A program made the translations under genes and the position numbers. From an archaeon (GTDB lineage Archaea; Iainarchaeota; Iainarchaeia; Iainarchaeales; JAAZKV01): a DNA stretch of 44,405 nt. The stretch is taken from the NCBI GenBank assembly GCA_036170245.1, contig JAVHOV010000016.1, positions 1 to 44,405 of the forward strand, given 5' to 3'. A model generated the notes under the pieces. The model was not told the DNA's origin and searched no databases. It worked only from the letters and a program-made list of their open reading frames with translations. This document shows positions 1-9,693 of this stretch, in pieces; the stretch's first letter is position 1; each line of letters starts with the position of its first letter.

Positions 1-239
1 GTAGCTAATTGTGCTACTTTTGCTGCAATATTTCCAGCCCAAACAACATCTGATGCGTGACCCATTGAGCCAACTACGATATCAACAACTGGTGTTCCAG
101 TTGAGTCTATTACATTACTTTTTTGTAGAGTATCAACATTACTGAATACTCCTGCCATAACAGCTGGAGCTAATGCAGATCCTACTAATGCTGCGCCTAA
201 TCCTAAGGCAGCGATTCTCTTTATATTTAATCCTTTCAT
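1..239 (-). CDS. S-layer protein, N-terminal part (runs off the window)
   Basis: Manual translation from ATG 239: MKGLNIKRIAALGLGAALVGSALAPAVMA...VDIVVGSMGHASDVVWAGNIAAKVAQLA, i.e. signal peptide plus Methanococcus-type S-layer N-terminal motif; RBS GAGGTG upstream. Confidence 0.8.
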   Translation of the reverse strand, partial: MKGLNIKRIAALGLGAALVGSALAPAVMAGVFSNVDTLQKSNVIDSTGTPVVDIVVGSMGHASDVVWAGNIAAKVAQLA

Positions 240-572
240 CGATTTCACCTCAAACGAAAAATAATCCTTTTGAACCTAAACTAAATCTAACCTACAAAAA
301 CCTAAAACGAGGTACTGTAAGTAAGGCTAGTAAGGCCAATCGGCATGACTAACACTTGCTTCTTTGGCTTTAAAAAGGTTTGGGAAAGAGAAACGAAGGG
401 CCCATCGTCAAAGCGACCCACCAAGGGGATTTTTACGTTTGCGAGAGAAAATGAATACGTCAATTGTCACGAACACTATTTTTGTACTAATAAATCAAAG
501 GATAGGATAAACCAGCTAAATAACTAATTATAATGAGTTAAAACAAAGAATTGACAATAATTTAGAATATTT

Positions 573-606
573 TTTTGTGAAGAAAAATAATTACGTTAAT
601 TGTCAT
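573..606 (+). repeat. 34-bp direct repeat, copy 1 (TTTTGTGAAGAAAAATAATTACGTTAATTGTCAT)
   Basis: Identical to 1125-1158; degenerate third copy at about 438-470. Confidence 0.9.
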
Positions 607-621
607 TAAAAGAAAAAAATG

Positions 622-861
622 TTAAAATATAAATAATTCATTTAAGATTTTTTCAAACTCTTCTTTTGATAAACCAATATCTTTTTTTAGAATCTTATTC
701 AATAATCCAACTCCAATTGGTTCTGACCCATGAATAGGAATAGTTGTTTTTCTCCCATCTGAATGAATAAACCTGTGGTGGCTACCGTTTGAACGCACAT
801 CTTCAAAGCCCAAATTAGTTAGAACTTTTATTAAATCTTTAGGTTTAATATTTTTAAGCAT
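622..861 (-). CDS. hicA: HicA family toxin (mRNA interferase)
   Basis: LGF..VRSNGSHHRF.H.DGRKTTIPIH...IGVGLLNKILK HicA signature; overlaps hicB. Confidence 0.9.
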   Translation of the reverse strand: MLKNIKPKDLIKVLTNLGFEDVRSNGSHHRFIHSDGRKTTIPIHGSEPIGVGLLNKILKKDIGLSKEEFEKILNELFIF

Positions 862-1063
862 TTAACTCAACCATTTGAACGCCTACAAACTTATTCTTTG
901 ACTGGTTTGTGTCTTGTTCACAAAGAGCAATAACTTCTTTTACTCTTTTAATCAATTCATCCATAGATTTTGCTTGTGTGTGGCAACCCTCAAGTTCAGG
1001 AACATCAGCAACCAAAAAGCCATCAATGTCTTGCTCTATAATTACACTATATTGTTTACCCAT
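854..1063 (-). CDS. hicB: HicB family antitoxin (short form)
   Basis: VIIEQD.DGF.VADVPELEGCHTQAKS.DEL HicB signature. Confidence 0.9.
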   Translation of the reverse strand: MGKQYSVIIEQDIDGFLVADVPELEGCHTQAKSMDELIKRVKEVIALCEQDTNQSKNKFVGVQMVELNA

Positions 1064-1124
1064 AATAATACCTAGATTAGATATAATTAAAACAACATAA
1101 AAAGTTATCTAAATAGAACTAAAG

Positions 1125-1158
1125 TTTTGTGAAGAAAAATAATTACGTTAATTGTCAT
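1125..1158 (+). repeat. 34-bp direct repeat, copy 2
   Basis: Identical to 573-606; the two copies flank hicBA. Confidence 0.9.
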
Positions 1159-1163
1159 GAGAA

Positions 1164-1517
1164 TTAATTTTTTTTATAACAATAAATTTTATTGTATTTG
1201 TCATGATCCATTATATTTAAAACAAAAGCAATTATTTCAATCTCAGTACCATTATTTTTTAATGTATAATCCATTCTCCAAAAATTTGACAACTTGACAT
1301 GAAAAAGGTTTGTGACACCATATTCTTTTGAATATTCATTAGGGATGAGTTCTTTTCCAACAGGATCCCCATAATGAGGATTAATTTTAATTAACTCCAC
1401 TTTATTCTTTATTGATTTAAGAATAGAACTATTTATTTTTGAATCAGAAGCATATTCATTTAATTTCTTAAAAGCAAGTTCTGCTTCTTCGGACAAAATT
1501 ACTCTAACTTTTTTCAT
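1164..1517 (-). CDS. RelE/ParE-like putative toxin
   Basis: V.LSEEA..AFKKL...NPHYGD...LFHVKL..FWRM.YTL...DHDKY pattern; 4-nt overlap with upstream gene. Confidence 0.55.
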   Translation of the reverse strand: MKKVRVILSEEAELAFKKLNEYASDSKINSSILKSIKNKVELIKINPHYGDPVGKELIPNEYSKEYGVTNLFHVKLSNFWRMDYTLKNNGTEIEIIAFVLNIMDHDKYNKIYCYKKN

Positions 1518-1798
1518 AATTCAAAACCTTTTGAAATTGCTTTTTCTAATTTAGAATTATTATTTTCCACCCAAGTAATCCCTTTTAATGAGAAAACAAT
1601 TTTGTTACTATCTTCAAGATAACCCAAAATTATTTTGAGAGTATTATGATTAACCTGTTTTGGAAGAGCTCTTTTTAAATCAGCGACAGTAAATACACTT
1701 GATGGAATTGACTTCATTGTTTGTTCCACCATTAGAACTGTATTTAGCGTGGGTGAAGAACATTCTTTCTCTTGAGTTTTAACAAACATACAAAACAC
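1514..1798 (-). CDS. Small winged-helix protein, putative antitoxin/regulator
   Basis: SPTLNTVLMVE...LKRALPKQVNHNTLKIILGYLEDSNKI..KGITWV; coupled to RelE-like gene. Confidence 0.5.
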   Translation of the reverse strand: MFCMFVKTQEKECSSPTLNTVLMVEQTMKSIPSSVFTVADLKRALPKQVNHNTLKIILGYLEDSNKIVFSLKGITWVENNNSKLEKAISKGFEL

Positions 1799-1891
1799 CG
1801 ATTAATTAATACCAAATTGTTATCAGTTAGTAAATATAAAGGTTTGGGTAAAGCAAAGCTGATAAATGAGTCTTATTAGTAAAGAATTCTT

Positions 1892-2536
1892 TTAATCGTA
1901 AAGTTCTTTTGTGAATTTGTTAAGCTCTTCTTTATTCAAGTGCTTTAGCATAAAGTCAGCATATTTTTGGAATATTCCTGACAACTGAACCAAACCATCC
2001 TGGAACTCTGCCTGAGTAATTTCTATCTTATCTGGCTTTATTACTTCTATTGAAGTAGGGCCATAGTAGAACAAGAACAACATCAAAGTCGAAAAGTCCT
2101 TGACAGTCAAAGTTACTTCAATGAATGAAGAGTACATTTCATCCTCTTCAACTATTTCTGCAGGAACTATATTGTAGATAGTAAAATTCTTTTCAGATTT
2201 AATTGCAGCAATTATTTTTTCCAAGTGCTTTGCAAGCAAATTCTTTTCAATTGCTTTCAATTCAATTATGGCGCTGACTTTTATCTTAAACGAATCAGCT
2301 TCAGAAATCTTTTTTCTTTTCTGCAATTCATCAATAATATCCTGTCTCAATCTATACTTTGTAGGATAACCTTCTTTTAGAACTAAACCAAGTTTTAGCA
2401 TCTGTTTTAATTCAAGAGAAAGTTTGTCATAAGGCAAGTTTAATTGTTTATGCAAGTCTTCTTCAGTCTTTGGATCTGAAAGCAACAAAAGAGCAATCTT
2501 TTTTTGTTCGTCACTAAATCCACTCATAAAAATCAA
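1892..2536 (-). CDS. Hypothetical protein with N-terminal wHTH-like region
   Basis: 214-aa ORF; helix-turn-helix-like N-terminus (LKQMLKLGLV..EGYPTKY). Confidence 0.55.
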   Translation of the reverse strand: MIFMSGFSDEQKKIALLLLSDPKTEEDLHKQLNLPYDKLSLELKQMLKLGLVLKEGYPTKYRLRQDIIDELQKRKKISEADSFKIKVSAIIELKAIEKNLLAKHLEKIIAAIKSEKNFTIYNIVPAEIVEEDEMYSSFIEVTLTVKDFSTLMLFLFYYGPTSIEVIKPDKIEITQAEFQDGLVQLSGIFQKYADFMLKHLNKEELNKFTKELYD

Positions 2537-2697
2537 TCAATAATATAGAAGCAAGCTACTCTTGGGTTTAAAAAAGTAATTTTAGAAGCAAAATTCGGGA
2601 ATTTAAAAGAAAAGTAATAAAAAGAACCAACGCACTAGTACTATTGACGATTATGAATTTCATTTTACTTGATATATTTAATGAATTTGCAAAAGGA

Positions 2698-2982
2698 ATG
2701 AGTTTTACTCTCCCTGATGCAGCATCAACTGCAACTAACCTTGTAGCTAACCCAACTATATTAGTAATAGGAATAATTCTGATTATTGCAACCATATTTA
2801 TTTTGTTTTTCTTAAAAAAAGTAATAACCAATAGTATTCTTGGAGCAGTAATTTGGGGAATCAGCATTTACTTTTTTCACATTGAGTTACCCTTGATTCC
2901 AAGTTTTGTTATTTCAGTAATCATTGGGCCCGCAGGAATTGGAACAATGTTGCTTCTAAAGTTTTTTGGCCTACTGGTGTAA
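2698..2982 (+). CDS. Small membrane protein, BofA-like
   Basis: Three hydrophobic segments, NSILG...IGPAG.G..LLL pattern; start uncertain. Confidence 0.5.
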   Translation: MSFTLPDAASTATNLVANPTILVIGIILIIATIFILFFLKKVITNSILGAVIWGISIYFFHIELPLIPSFVISVIIGPAGIGTMLLLKFFGLLV

Positions 2983-2986
2983 AAAA

Positions 2987-3349
2987 ATGGCAATAATTAG
3001 CAGACTAAGGAAAGCAACTACTAATCTTAAAACAAATTCTAAATTATCTAAAGAAGTATTGAAACTAATTTGGAAAAATAGGAATGCAAAAAAACTTCCA
3101 AAAGAAGGTTCATTTGAATCTGTGATTTTAAGAAGACAATTAAAGGAAAGTACTATGGCAAAACCCATAAAAAATGCTTTAAGAAAAGGACTCACAAGAG
3201 TAATTCACAAACACTTACAAAGCGGAAAAATGTGGGTTGATTTTAGAAAAGATATTAAAGCAATAGAAACTAAAAGAGGAAAAAAGGTTGAGGAAGAAGA
3301 ACTTGAAACATTATGGAACAAGTGGAATACTGACCACGCAAATTGCTAA
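2987..3349 (+). CDS. Basic hypothetical protein
   Basis: Lys/Arg-rich ORF filling the gap between genes. Confidence 0.55.
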   Translation: MAIISRLRKATTNLKTNSKLSKEVLKLIWKNRNAKKLPKEGSFESVILRRQLKESTMAKPIKNALRKGLTRVIHKHLQSGKMWVDFRKDIKAIETKRGKKVEEEELETLWNKWNTDHANC

Positions 3350-3367
3350 ATTAAATTATAACAAAAA

Positions 3368-4519
3368 CTATTTTTTAATTAAATTTTCTAAAGAATTTTT
3401 ATCATTATCTAACTCTTCACCAAACAGAGCATAATTACTCCACTCATTATTGCTAAAGATAAAAAAATCATTATCAGTAATTAAAGTGTTAATGAAGGAG
3501 GAGTGAACAGAATCATTTGAAACCAAAAAGATGCCTGAGTCATTTCCAACAAATCCTAAATATCCTCCTGTCTGAGGTTCAATTAATTCTGCAGAATTCA
3601 AAACAGAAATATCCTCTGAAGAAACAATCTTTTTATTTGCAAAAGCTAAAACACAATGTCCATTAACTTGACCCGTATTAGGATCAAAAATTGATCCGCA
3701 TACAATAACAGGAAAAACATTATTTTTATCCAAATATTTCTGTGTTGCATTCTCCAAGTACCAAGTGTTGTCAAAGTTAGACCAAAATCGGCTCCCTTTT
3801 TTTTCTACCCACGCAAATAAAGTCGGTTTTTTTCCATTGCACGATTCAATCAGTGAATTATATTCAGCTTTGAAAAAAAGGGAAAAATCTTCGCAATCTC
3901 CCCCCTTATTCTTTATGAATTCAGAAATTGTCTGAAGCTTATCAGAAACATTTGAAGTAATTAAATCATCTTTATATTTGTAATTAATAAACTCAGAATT
4001 AACCAAGTGAAAACACCCCAAATTAATCTGACAAACTTTACTGGTTTCTTTTTTGCAACTTGATTTCAAATTCAAAAGAATGTTTTCATGATTTCCCAAA
4101 ACAGAATTTGAACTAAACCAATCAAGGGAAGATTGAATTTCTATTTGATAATCATTAATTTTTGAAATTGTGCTGTCAACCTCATCCTTCAAATTAGAAT
4201 ATGAATATTCTAAAGCATTGTTCTTTGATGAAAGGGAATTATATTCACCATTCAATTTATTTAAAGCAGAATTCAAATCAGAATTTTCTTTATTGAGAGA
4301 AAAAATAATTGAATTCAATGAAGAAACTTTTGAGTCATACCCTGCCACAAAAGCAGAATACTCTTTTTTCAGATTCTCAGAAGAAATATTTGAAAAAACC
4401 AATAATCCAATACACACAACTAATAGCACTACTAAAATCAATATTGCCCAAATATATTTTGTGGAAGATGTTTTATCAAAAAAGAAGGGCTTTTGTTTGC
4501 TAACACTATTTTTATGCAT
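3368..4519 (-). CDS. Membrane-anchored coiled-coil protein with transglutaminase-like Cys protease domain
   Basis: N-terminal TM, coiled coil, GDCEDFS ... GHC ... IEPQTG triad pattern. Confidence 0.7.
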   Translation of the reverse strand: MHKNSVSKQKPFFFDKTSSTKYIWAILILVVLLVVCIGLLVFSNISSENLKKEYSAFVAGYDSKVSSLNSIIFSLNKENSDLNSALNKLNGEYNSLSSKNNALEYSYSNLKDEVDSTISKINDYQIEIQSSLDWFSSNSVLGNHENILLNLKSSCKKETSKVCQINLGCFHLVNSEFINYKYKDDLITSNVSDKLQTISEFIKNKGGDCEDFSLFFKAEYNSLIESCNGKKPTLFAWVEKKGSRFWSNFDNTWYLENATQKYLDKNNVFPVIVCGSIFDPNTGQVNGHCVLAFANKKIVSSEDISVLNSAELIEPQTGGYLGFVGNDSGIFLVSNDSVHSSFINTLITDNDFFIFSNNEWSNYALFGEELDNDKNSLENLIKK

Positions 4520-4572
4520 GAAAAAATAAGAGACTAACTCCCTTTAATACTTTATTCAACTACAAAATAATT

Positions 4573-5181
4573 GTGGAACTAAACGAAAGCTTTAAACTTG
4601 CACAAGTCAGAAATGAACTACTTGATCATGCAAAAAAACACGCTCTTTACAAAAACGTTTTGGATACAAAAGGACATATTGTTTTTGGAAGAGGAGACGA
4701 TGAATCAAAAATACTTTTTATTGGAGAAGCTCCTGGTTTTACTGAAAATGAAATAGGAAAACCTTTTGTGGGAAGAAGCGGAAAACTCCTTGAAGAATGG
4801 GTTAAGGAACTAAACATAAACCAAAAATATGCAATAATGAATGTTGTCCCAATGATTCCATTAAGTGAGGACAAAAAAATAAGACCCCCTACTCCCGAAG
4901 AAATAAACTACTTTTTGCCATACACAATGAAAATGGTTAATACAATCAATCCAAAAGTTATAGTACTTTTAGGAAAAAGCGCAGCAAGAGCATTTGGGAA
5001 AGAAGAAATGAAAGTAGGGCAAACTACTGAATATGAAGGGAAAAAAATGTTTTTCATTTACCATCCTGCATACTATCTTCGAAATGGCAGAAAAGGGCTT
5101 GAAGATTTGACTAACTTAAAAAAACTATTAACCCAAGAAGAAGACAAAAACAAACAGAGCTCAATAAAAAACTTTTTTTAA
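4573..5181 (+). CDS. udg: Uracil-DNA glycosylase, family 4-like
   Basis: IGEAPG, PFVGRSG, RPPT.EE, HPAY motifs; C-terminal PIP box QSSIKNFF. Confidence 0.9.
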   Translation: MELNESFKLAQVRNELLDHAKKHALYKNVLDTKGHIVFGRGDDESKILFIGEAPGFTENEIGKPFVGRSGKLLEEWVKELNINQKYAIMNVVPMIPLSEDKKIRPPTPEEINYFLPYTMKMVNTINPKVIVLLGKSAARAFGKEEMKVGQTTEYEGKKMFFIYHPAYYLRNGRKGLEDLTNLKKLLTQEEDKNKQSSIKNFF

Positions 5182-5226
5182 AAAATAAAAAAGCAAAAAA
5201 AATATTTAAAAAAATAATAGAAAGGG

Positions 5227-6009
5227 TTACCTTACATAAGAAAGGCAACCATCAACTTTTTCTTCAACATCTTGCTGTTCATGAAGATTTGTTGTTAATT
5301 CTTTGAATGCTTTTTCAATTGACTTAGCATCCTTTTCAATGCTCTTCATTTTCAGCTTCAAATTGAATCTCTTTGAAACAAGTTCAATTACTTGCTTTGC
5401 TGAACCTTGATCCCCATAAACTAACTGAGGATTAGTTTCACCCATTAAGCAAGCACCCTTTATTCCGTGCAACTTCCCAATACCAATTAACAATCCCGCA
5501 GCACCAGAAATCAATCCTTCTTTCTTGTCTTCCTTTGCTCCAAACTTCTTCCAAATATTAACTATCTCATCATCAGTTCCTGCAACAATTACTTCAGGTT
5601 TTTTATTCAATCTGTTGTCCCCTACATTTAACCCTGCTAGAGTTATACTTTCAGTAACTCCAACGCTTTTGAAAAAAGAAATTAAAGTCTCGGCAAATTC
5701 ATAATGCTCATGAGATGAACCAACTTTAAAATCAAGAGTAGGCTGAACGGGTCCAGAAAGAATCAAGAAATCCTTTCCTTTAAAATTGAAGTAAAATATT
5801 TCATCCTTAATCAAAAATATTTTTGAATCTTTTGTGTGAATGCTTGGAGGAAAAGAATCTGACAAAATTTCTGCAATCTTTTCAGTCTTTAATTGCTTAA
5901 GCAAATAATCAACAGCTATTTTTCCAACTAGACCAATTCCTGGCAGACCGACTAAAAGTGTTGCATCCTTAAGCTGAACTTTTTTTGTGACTAATATTCT
6001 TGTAGGCAT
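5227..6009 (-). CDS. Proteasome assembly chaperone (PAC2 family)
   Basis: GLPGIGLVGKIA, ISGAAGLL, CLMGET motifs; typical position after aIF2-alpha. Confidence 0.85.
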   Translation of the reverse strand: MPTRILVTKKVQLKDATLLVGLPGIGLVGKIAVDYLLKQLKTEKIAEILSDSFPPSIHTKDSKIFLIKDEIFYFNFKGKDFLILSGPVQPTLDFKVGSSHEHYEFAETLISFFKSVGVTESITLAGLNVGDNRLNKKPEVIVAGTDDEIVNIWKKFGAKEDKKEGLISGAAGLLIGIGKLHGIKGACLMGETNPQLVYGDQGSAKQVIELVSKRFNLKLKMKSIEKDAKSIEKAFKELTTNLHEQQDVEEKVDGCLSYVR

Positions 6010-6078
6010 AGCAGAATATTATAAGAAAAGGAATATAAAGCTGAATGAGAAAGAAGAACAGAGACGAAATTAGCACAA

Positions 6079-6840
6079 TTATTTCTTTTCATCTCTTGTG
6101 AATTCGAAAGAAACGCCTGCTTTCTTTGAACTCTTTTCAGCAGATTCAACTAACTTAGTAAGAGTTTTGTCTGCTTCCTTAAAAGTCAAGCCAGAACAAG
6201 AAATATTAAAAGTTCCTCCACCAGCGTAAGAAACAATACAAGTTTTAGTTGCTTCAAAATCAGCCAAAATACTTTTGATTGTTGCAAGTCCGCCAGCAGC
6301 AAGACAAGAAAGTTTTGCTTTTCCAGAAATTTCTTTCTTTGAAACAACAATATTATCTTTGATTAATTGTTTAACAGGCAGAACCCATTCTTTTGCAACT
6401 TCACTTGAAAAATCATAACCCAAAGCAATTTTTTCAAACGCTTCATATAATGAACCGTGAACTTGAGTTAAGGGATCAGCAACTGCAGCCCAAACTTCAG
6501 CAAATGGTTTATTTGTTGACTTTGAAAGAATTTCAATTAATTTTTCTTCTCTATTTATCTGCTTGAATTGAGTCAGAACCTGTCTCTCTCTCATTGGATT
6601 AACTCCGGCAAAAGCCAAGTCAATCTGTTTTTTTACTAAATCAACGTTAAGTACTTTTGCAACTCTAACCTGATTCATTTTGACAAAATTTCTAATATTT
6701 TTAACCCAAGAAGAAGAAACATTACTGATATGGATAAACCCTCTAGCATTTTTGTATTCTAAAAGCTCAACAAAAACACCATAGTCAAGGATTTGAATTA
6801 CCTTTACTACAACAAAATCGTCTCTATTTGGGAATTCCAT
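6079..6840 (-). CDS. eif2a: Translation initiation factor 2 alpha subunit
   Basis: S1 domain YGVFVELLEY..ARGFIHIS.VSSSWVKNIR; GSLYEAFE. Confidence 0.92.
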   Translation of the reverse strand: MEFPNRDDFVVVKVIQILDYGVFVELLEYKNARGFIHISNVSSSWVKNIRNFVKMNQVRVAKVLNVDLVKKQIDLAFAGVNPMRERQVLTQFKQINREEKLIEILSKSTNKPFAEVWAAVADPLTQVHGSLYEAFEKIALGYDFSSEVAKEWVLPVKQLIKDNIVVSKKEISGKAKLSCLAAGGLATIKSILADFEATKTCIVSYAGGGTFNISCSGLTFKEADKTLTKLVESAEKSSKKAGVSFEFTRDEKK

Positions 6841-6894
6841 AAGAAAAACTCTATTAAAAACACTTAAAAAACTCCCTTTGAGGAAAAAAATAAA

Positions 6895-7434
6895 CTATTG
6901 TCTTTCTTGGGCAATTTTTCTTGTAATAAATAATTTAGCAACTTTAATAGGGAGCTCTACTTCTTGACCTTCTACATACGGGCCGTATTCTTTCATATCA
7001 GTCCCTACAAAAGTAGGAACATTCTGAAGTATTGTTAACTTAGTTAAATCAGTTGAAACTTTCTCATTTTCTCCAAAAAGAGAAGTAAATATTTCTCTGT
7101 GTTCAGAAAGAACTTTAAAAATTTTCTTGAAAGTTTCTTTCTCTTCAGTAGCCATGTTACTGTCTTCATACTCATCAGTATGAGCAGAAATTAATGCTTT
7201 GTTCAAAATCTTTTTTTCACGCATTTGGAAAATATCATCAACTATCCTTTTCAAATTAGAAAACTCTCTTGCATCAGAAGAAGAAAAATTCTTTAAAGAT
7301 GCTAAGTATTTTTTTTTCTCTTCTTCAACAAAAGTTTTTAGAGAATCTATAAAATCATCATCAACTTCAACTAACTTTGAAGTGTTCTTTTCAAGTCTGT
7401 GAATTCTTCTTAGCTCATCATAATCAAGACGCAT
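6895..7434 (-). CDS. GINS complex subunit (Gins51/Gins15 type)
   Basis: REKKIL helical domain plus C-terminal B domain VPTFVG.DMKEYGPY; downstream of priS. Confidence 0.85.
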   Translation of the reverse strand: MRLDYDELRRIHRLEKNTSKLVEVDDDFIDSLKTFVEEEKKKYLASLKNFSSSDAREFSNLKRIVDDIFQMREKKILNKALISAHTDEYEDSNMATEEKETFKKIFKVLSEHREIFTSLFGENEKVSTDLTKLTILQNVPTFVGTDMKEYGPYVEGQEVELPIKVAKLFITRKIAQERQ

Positions 7435-7504
7435 ACACAAAACCAAAGTAACTTAGGTAACAAATCAATTAAAAAGAATACTAACCCCAAAAAAAGGAAT
7501 AAAA

Positions 7505-8659
7505 TCAGTCTTTTGAAAGAACTGCACAACCCTTTCCAAGCAAATAAACTGCAACAAAAAGAGGAAGCTCTATATTTACATTATCATAAGGCCCAAAACT
7601 CTCGCCTTTAAGAGAAAACTTTGGAGTTTTATCAATGTGAAGTTTAACCATTTCATCAGAACCAAAAACTATTGGATCTACAAAAGGATCAAACTTTTTT
7701 AATTCATCAATAGAAAGAGTTTTTGCAACAAACCCTGTCTGGCCATGAAGGGTTTGAGGCACTCTTATAATTTTGTGCAAATCAACACTAGTCTGACGGT
7801 CAATTGGACTCATTTGCTTTGACACAACATAATCCAAAATATTTTTCCACAAATCAGACCTCTTCTTTCCGTCAATTGGAAACAATAAACCCTTGTCCAA
7901 AGAATCAAAGATTGTTTGTTTTTCAAGCAAAATATTCTTTGTTTTCTTTTCTGAAAACTTAATTACATTTGAAACTGTTTTGGCGTCAGAATTAAATAAA
8001 TCCCTAATTCCAGTCAAAATTCTTCTGCTCCAAAGTCCTTTTACATTTGGTTTTGGACAAGAAAGAGAATCAAAGTAAAATCCTAAATTAACATAATCAA
8101 TTCCAAACCCGGTCAAATAATCAACAAGCTCAATTCTTGATTTTTTATTCAACGACTGGATTGATTCACTCCTTAAGTGAACATGATACCCTGCTTTTCC
8201 TGAAAAATTAATTGAAACATCTTTACCGGAAAAACCAAAATCATTTTCTAAAAAATCAAGCAGGCGAAACACTTGTACCTTTGCTTCTTCTAAATGCTCA
8301 TGCAAAAACCACTGAACTCCATTAATTTCTTCAATAGCAATCCCGAGTTCATCAGCATCAAATTCATAAATTAAATCAGCTTTAATCCACTCTTTTGATT
8401 GCATGGGAGTTCTTGAAGGAAATTTGTAATAGGAATTAGAATAAGAAAAAAACAAAGGAGATTCATTACGCAAAAAGTCATTCATTTCTTTTGCATTGAA
8501 AAAAGAAAGATTTCTATTTGCAATTTTTCTTTTAAATATCCCAAAACCAAATTCACGCATTTCTAAACTTGGAACTGAATCAATGAAATTATTTTTGTAA
8601 AACTCGGCAAACTTCTTTTTTAAAAATTCTGCTTCAGGGGAAACTTCTGTAGGGTACAT
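7505..8659 (-). CDS. priS: DNA primase catalytic (small) subunit
   Basis: REFGF, ADLIYEFDAD, FSGKAGYHVH, ID..TS.D.HKIIRVP.TLHG.TG. Confidence 0.9.
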   Translation of the reverse strand: MYPTEVSPEAEFLKKKFAEFYKNNFIDSVPSLEMREFGFGIFKRKIANRNLSFFNAKEMNDFLRNESPLFFSYSNSYYKFPSRTPMQSKEWIKADLIYEFDADELGIAIEEINGVQWFLHEHLEEAKVQVFRLLDFLENDFGFSGKDVSINFSGKAGYHVHLRSESIQSLNKKSRIELVDYLTGFGIDYVNLGFYFDSLSCPKPNVKGLWSRRILTGIRDLFNSDAKTVSNVIKFSEKKTKNILLEKQTIFDSLDKGLLFPIDGKKRSDLWKNILDYVVSKQMSPIDRQTSVDLHKIIRVPQTLHGQTGFVAKTLSIDELKKFDPFVDPIVFGSDEMVKLHIDKTPKFSLKGESFGPYDNVNIELPLFVAVYLLGKGCAVLSKD

Positions 8660-9693
8660 TAATTCACTTCCTTTGGATTCGAACTTGAATTTTTTATTCT
8701 GTTATTGATTCTTAATTTTGCCAAATAATATTGCATAGGGTGCTTGTAGTTACAAACTTTATTGCACTCAGGCACCTTAAGCCCGTTTTCTGCAAGTTTT
8801 TTACATCCAGGCGCAGATATTTCTTTTTCATAAATCCTTGAAATATGATACTCTGCAATGGCTTTCTTAAAATCCGGGCTCTTTGAATAAAGGGAAATAA
8901 GTTCAGTTTTACTCATCCCTAATTGATACAAAAATGAAGCAAGGGCTAAACGAGCACTGTAGGATAATTTTTTCCCACTCAACTGGTCAGTGTACAACGC
9001 ATGCATACACGGAGGGAAAAAATTTGGTTCAATCTTTCCGACCAATTTCAAATCAAAAGACTTCTTTTCCATCACCACAAGCTGCGAATCAATGCTTCTT
9101 GCAAGAGTAAGAATGTTTTTTGGAATACTTTTTTCAGGGATTGGAAGGGAGTTGAAAACCTTAGCATAAGCTTTTTCTGCCAAAAATCTTGCAAAATCAT
9201 TTGAGTTAAGCAAAATTTTTCCGTTATACACCTGCTTATTCACAACTTTGCTTTCATTATCCACAAAAAATATCTGCAAGTAATCAAGCAAATCAACTTC
9301 CACAAAACCCTTTTCTTCAGAAACTTTGTATTTCAATTTAAAATCATCCGCAAGATCAATACACAAGTCAAAAGTAAAATCAGCTTCAACTAAATTGTTA
9401 AAAGTGTTCTTGAAAACAAACATAGAAAATTTTTCAATCATATTGCTTGTCTTCATTGCAGAAACAAACATTTTTGAAATAGGAAAAGCAATTACTTCAA
9501 GCTCTAAAACTTCATTAGTTGGATTTTGCGAATCAAAAACATAAGGAGTGTTTGAGAAAGCTCTTGAAACCATTAAAGCGGCTTTTTTAACAGCAGTTTC
9601 AGAAACATCATCAACTGAAATATTCATTTCTTTTAGTATATCACGGGCACGCTCTGTAAAAGGAAACTTCTGTGCAAAAAAGAGCTTATCCAT
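8659..9693 (-). CDS. priL: DNA primase large subunit
   Basis: KFPF N-terminus; FPPCM...ARLALASFL...PGC...C...C..HPMQYY Fe-S domain. Confidence 0.88.
   Translation of the reverse strand: MDKLFFAQKFPFTERARDILKEMNISVDDVSETAVKKAALMVSRAFSNTPYVFDSQNPTNEVLELEVIAFPISKMFVSAMKTSNMIEKFSMFVFKNTFNNLVEADFTFDLCIDLADDFKLKYKVSEEKGFVEVDLLDYLQIFFVDNESKVVNKQVYNGKILLNSNDFARFLAEKAYAKVFNSLPIPEKSIPKNILTLARSIDSQLVVMEKKSFDLKLVGKIEPNFFPPCMHALYTDQLSGKKLSYSARLALASFLYQLGMSKTELISLYSKSPDFKKAIAEYHISRIYEKEISAPGCKKLAENGLKVPECNKVCNYKHPMQYYLAKLRINNRIKNSSSNPKEVN

Noticed and set aside
345..527. 60-aa plus-strand ORF
   Set aside because: Overlaps the probable S-layer promoter region and a repeat copy; no recognisable motif
438..1158. 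CRISPR array suggested by the 34-bp repeats
   Set aside because: Spacing is about 135 and 550 bp with whole genes between the copies; no cas genes
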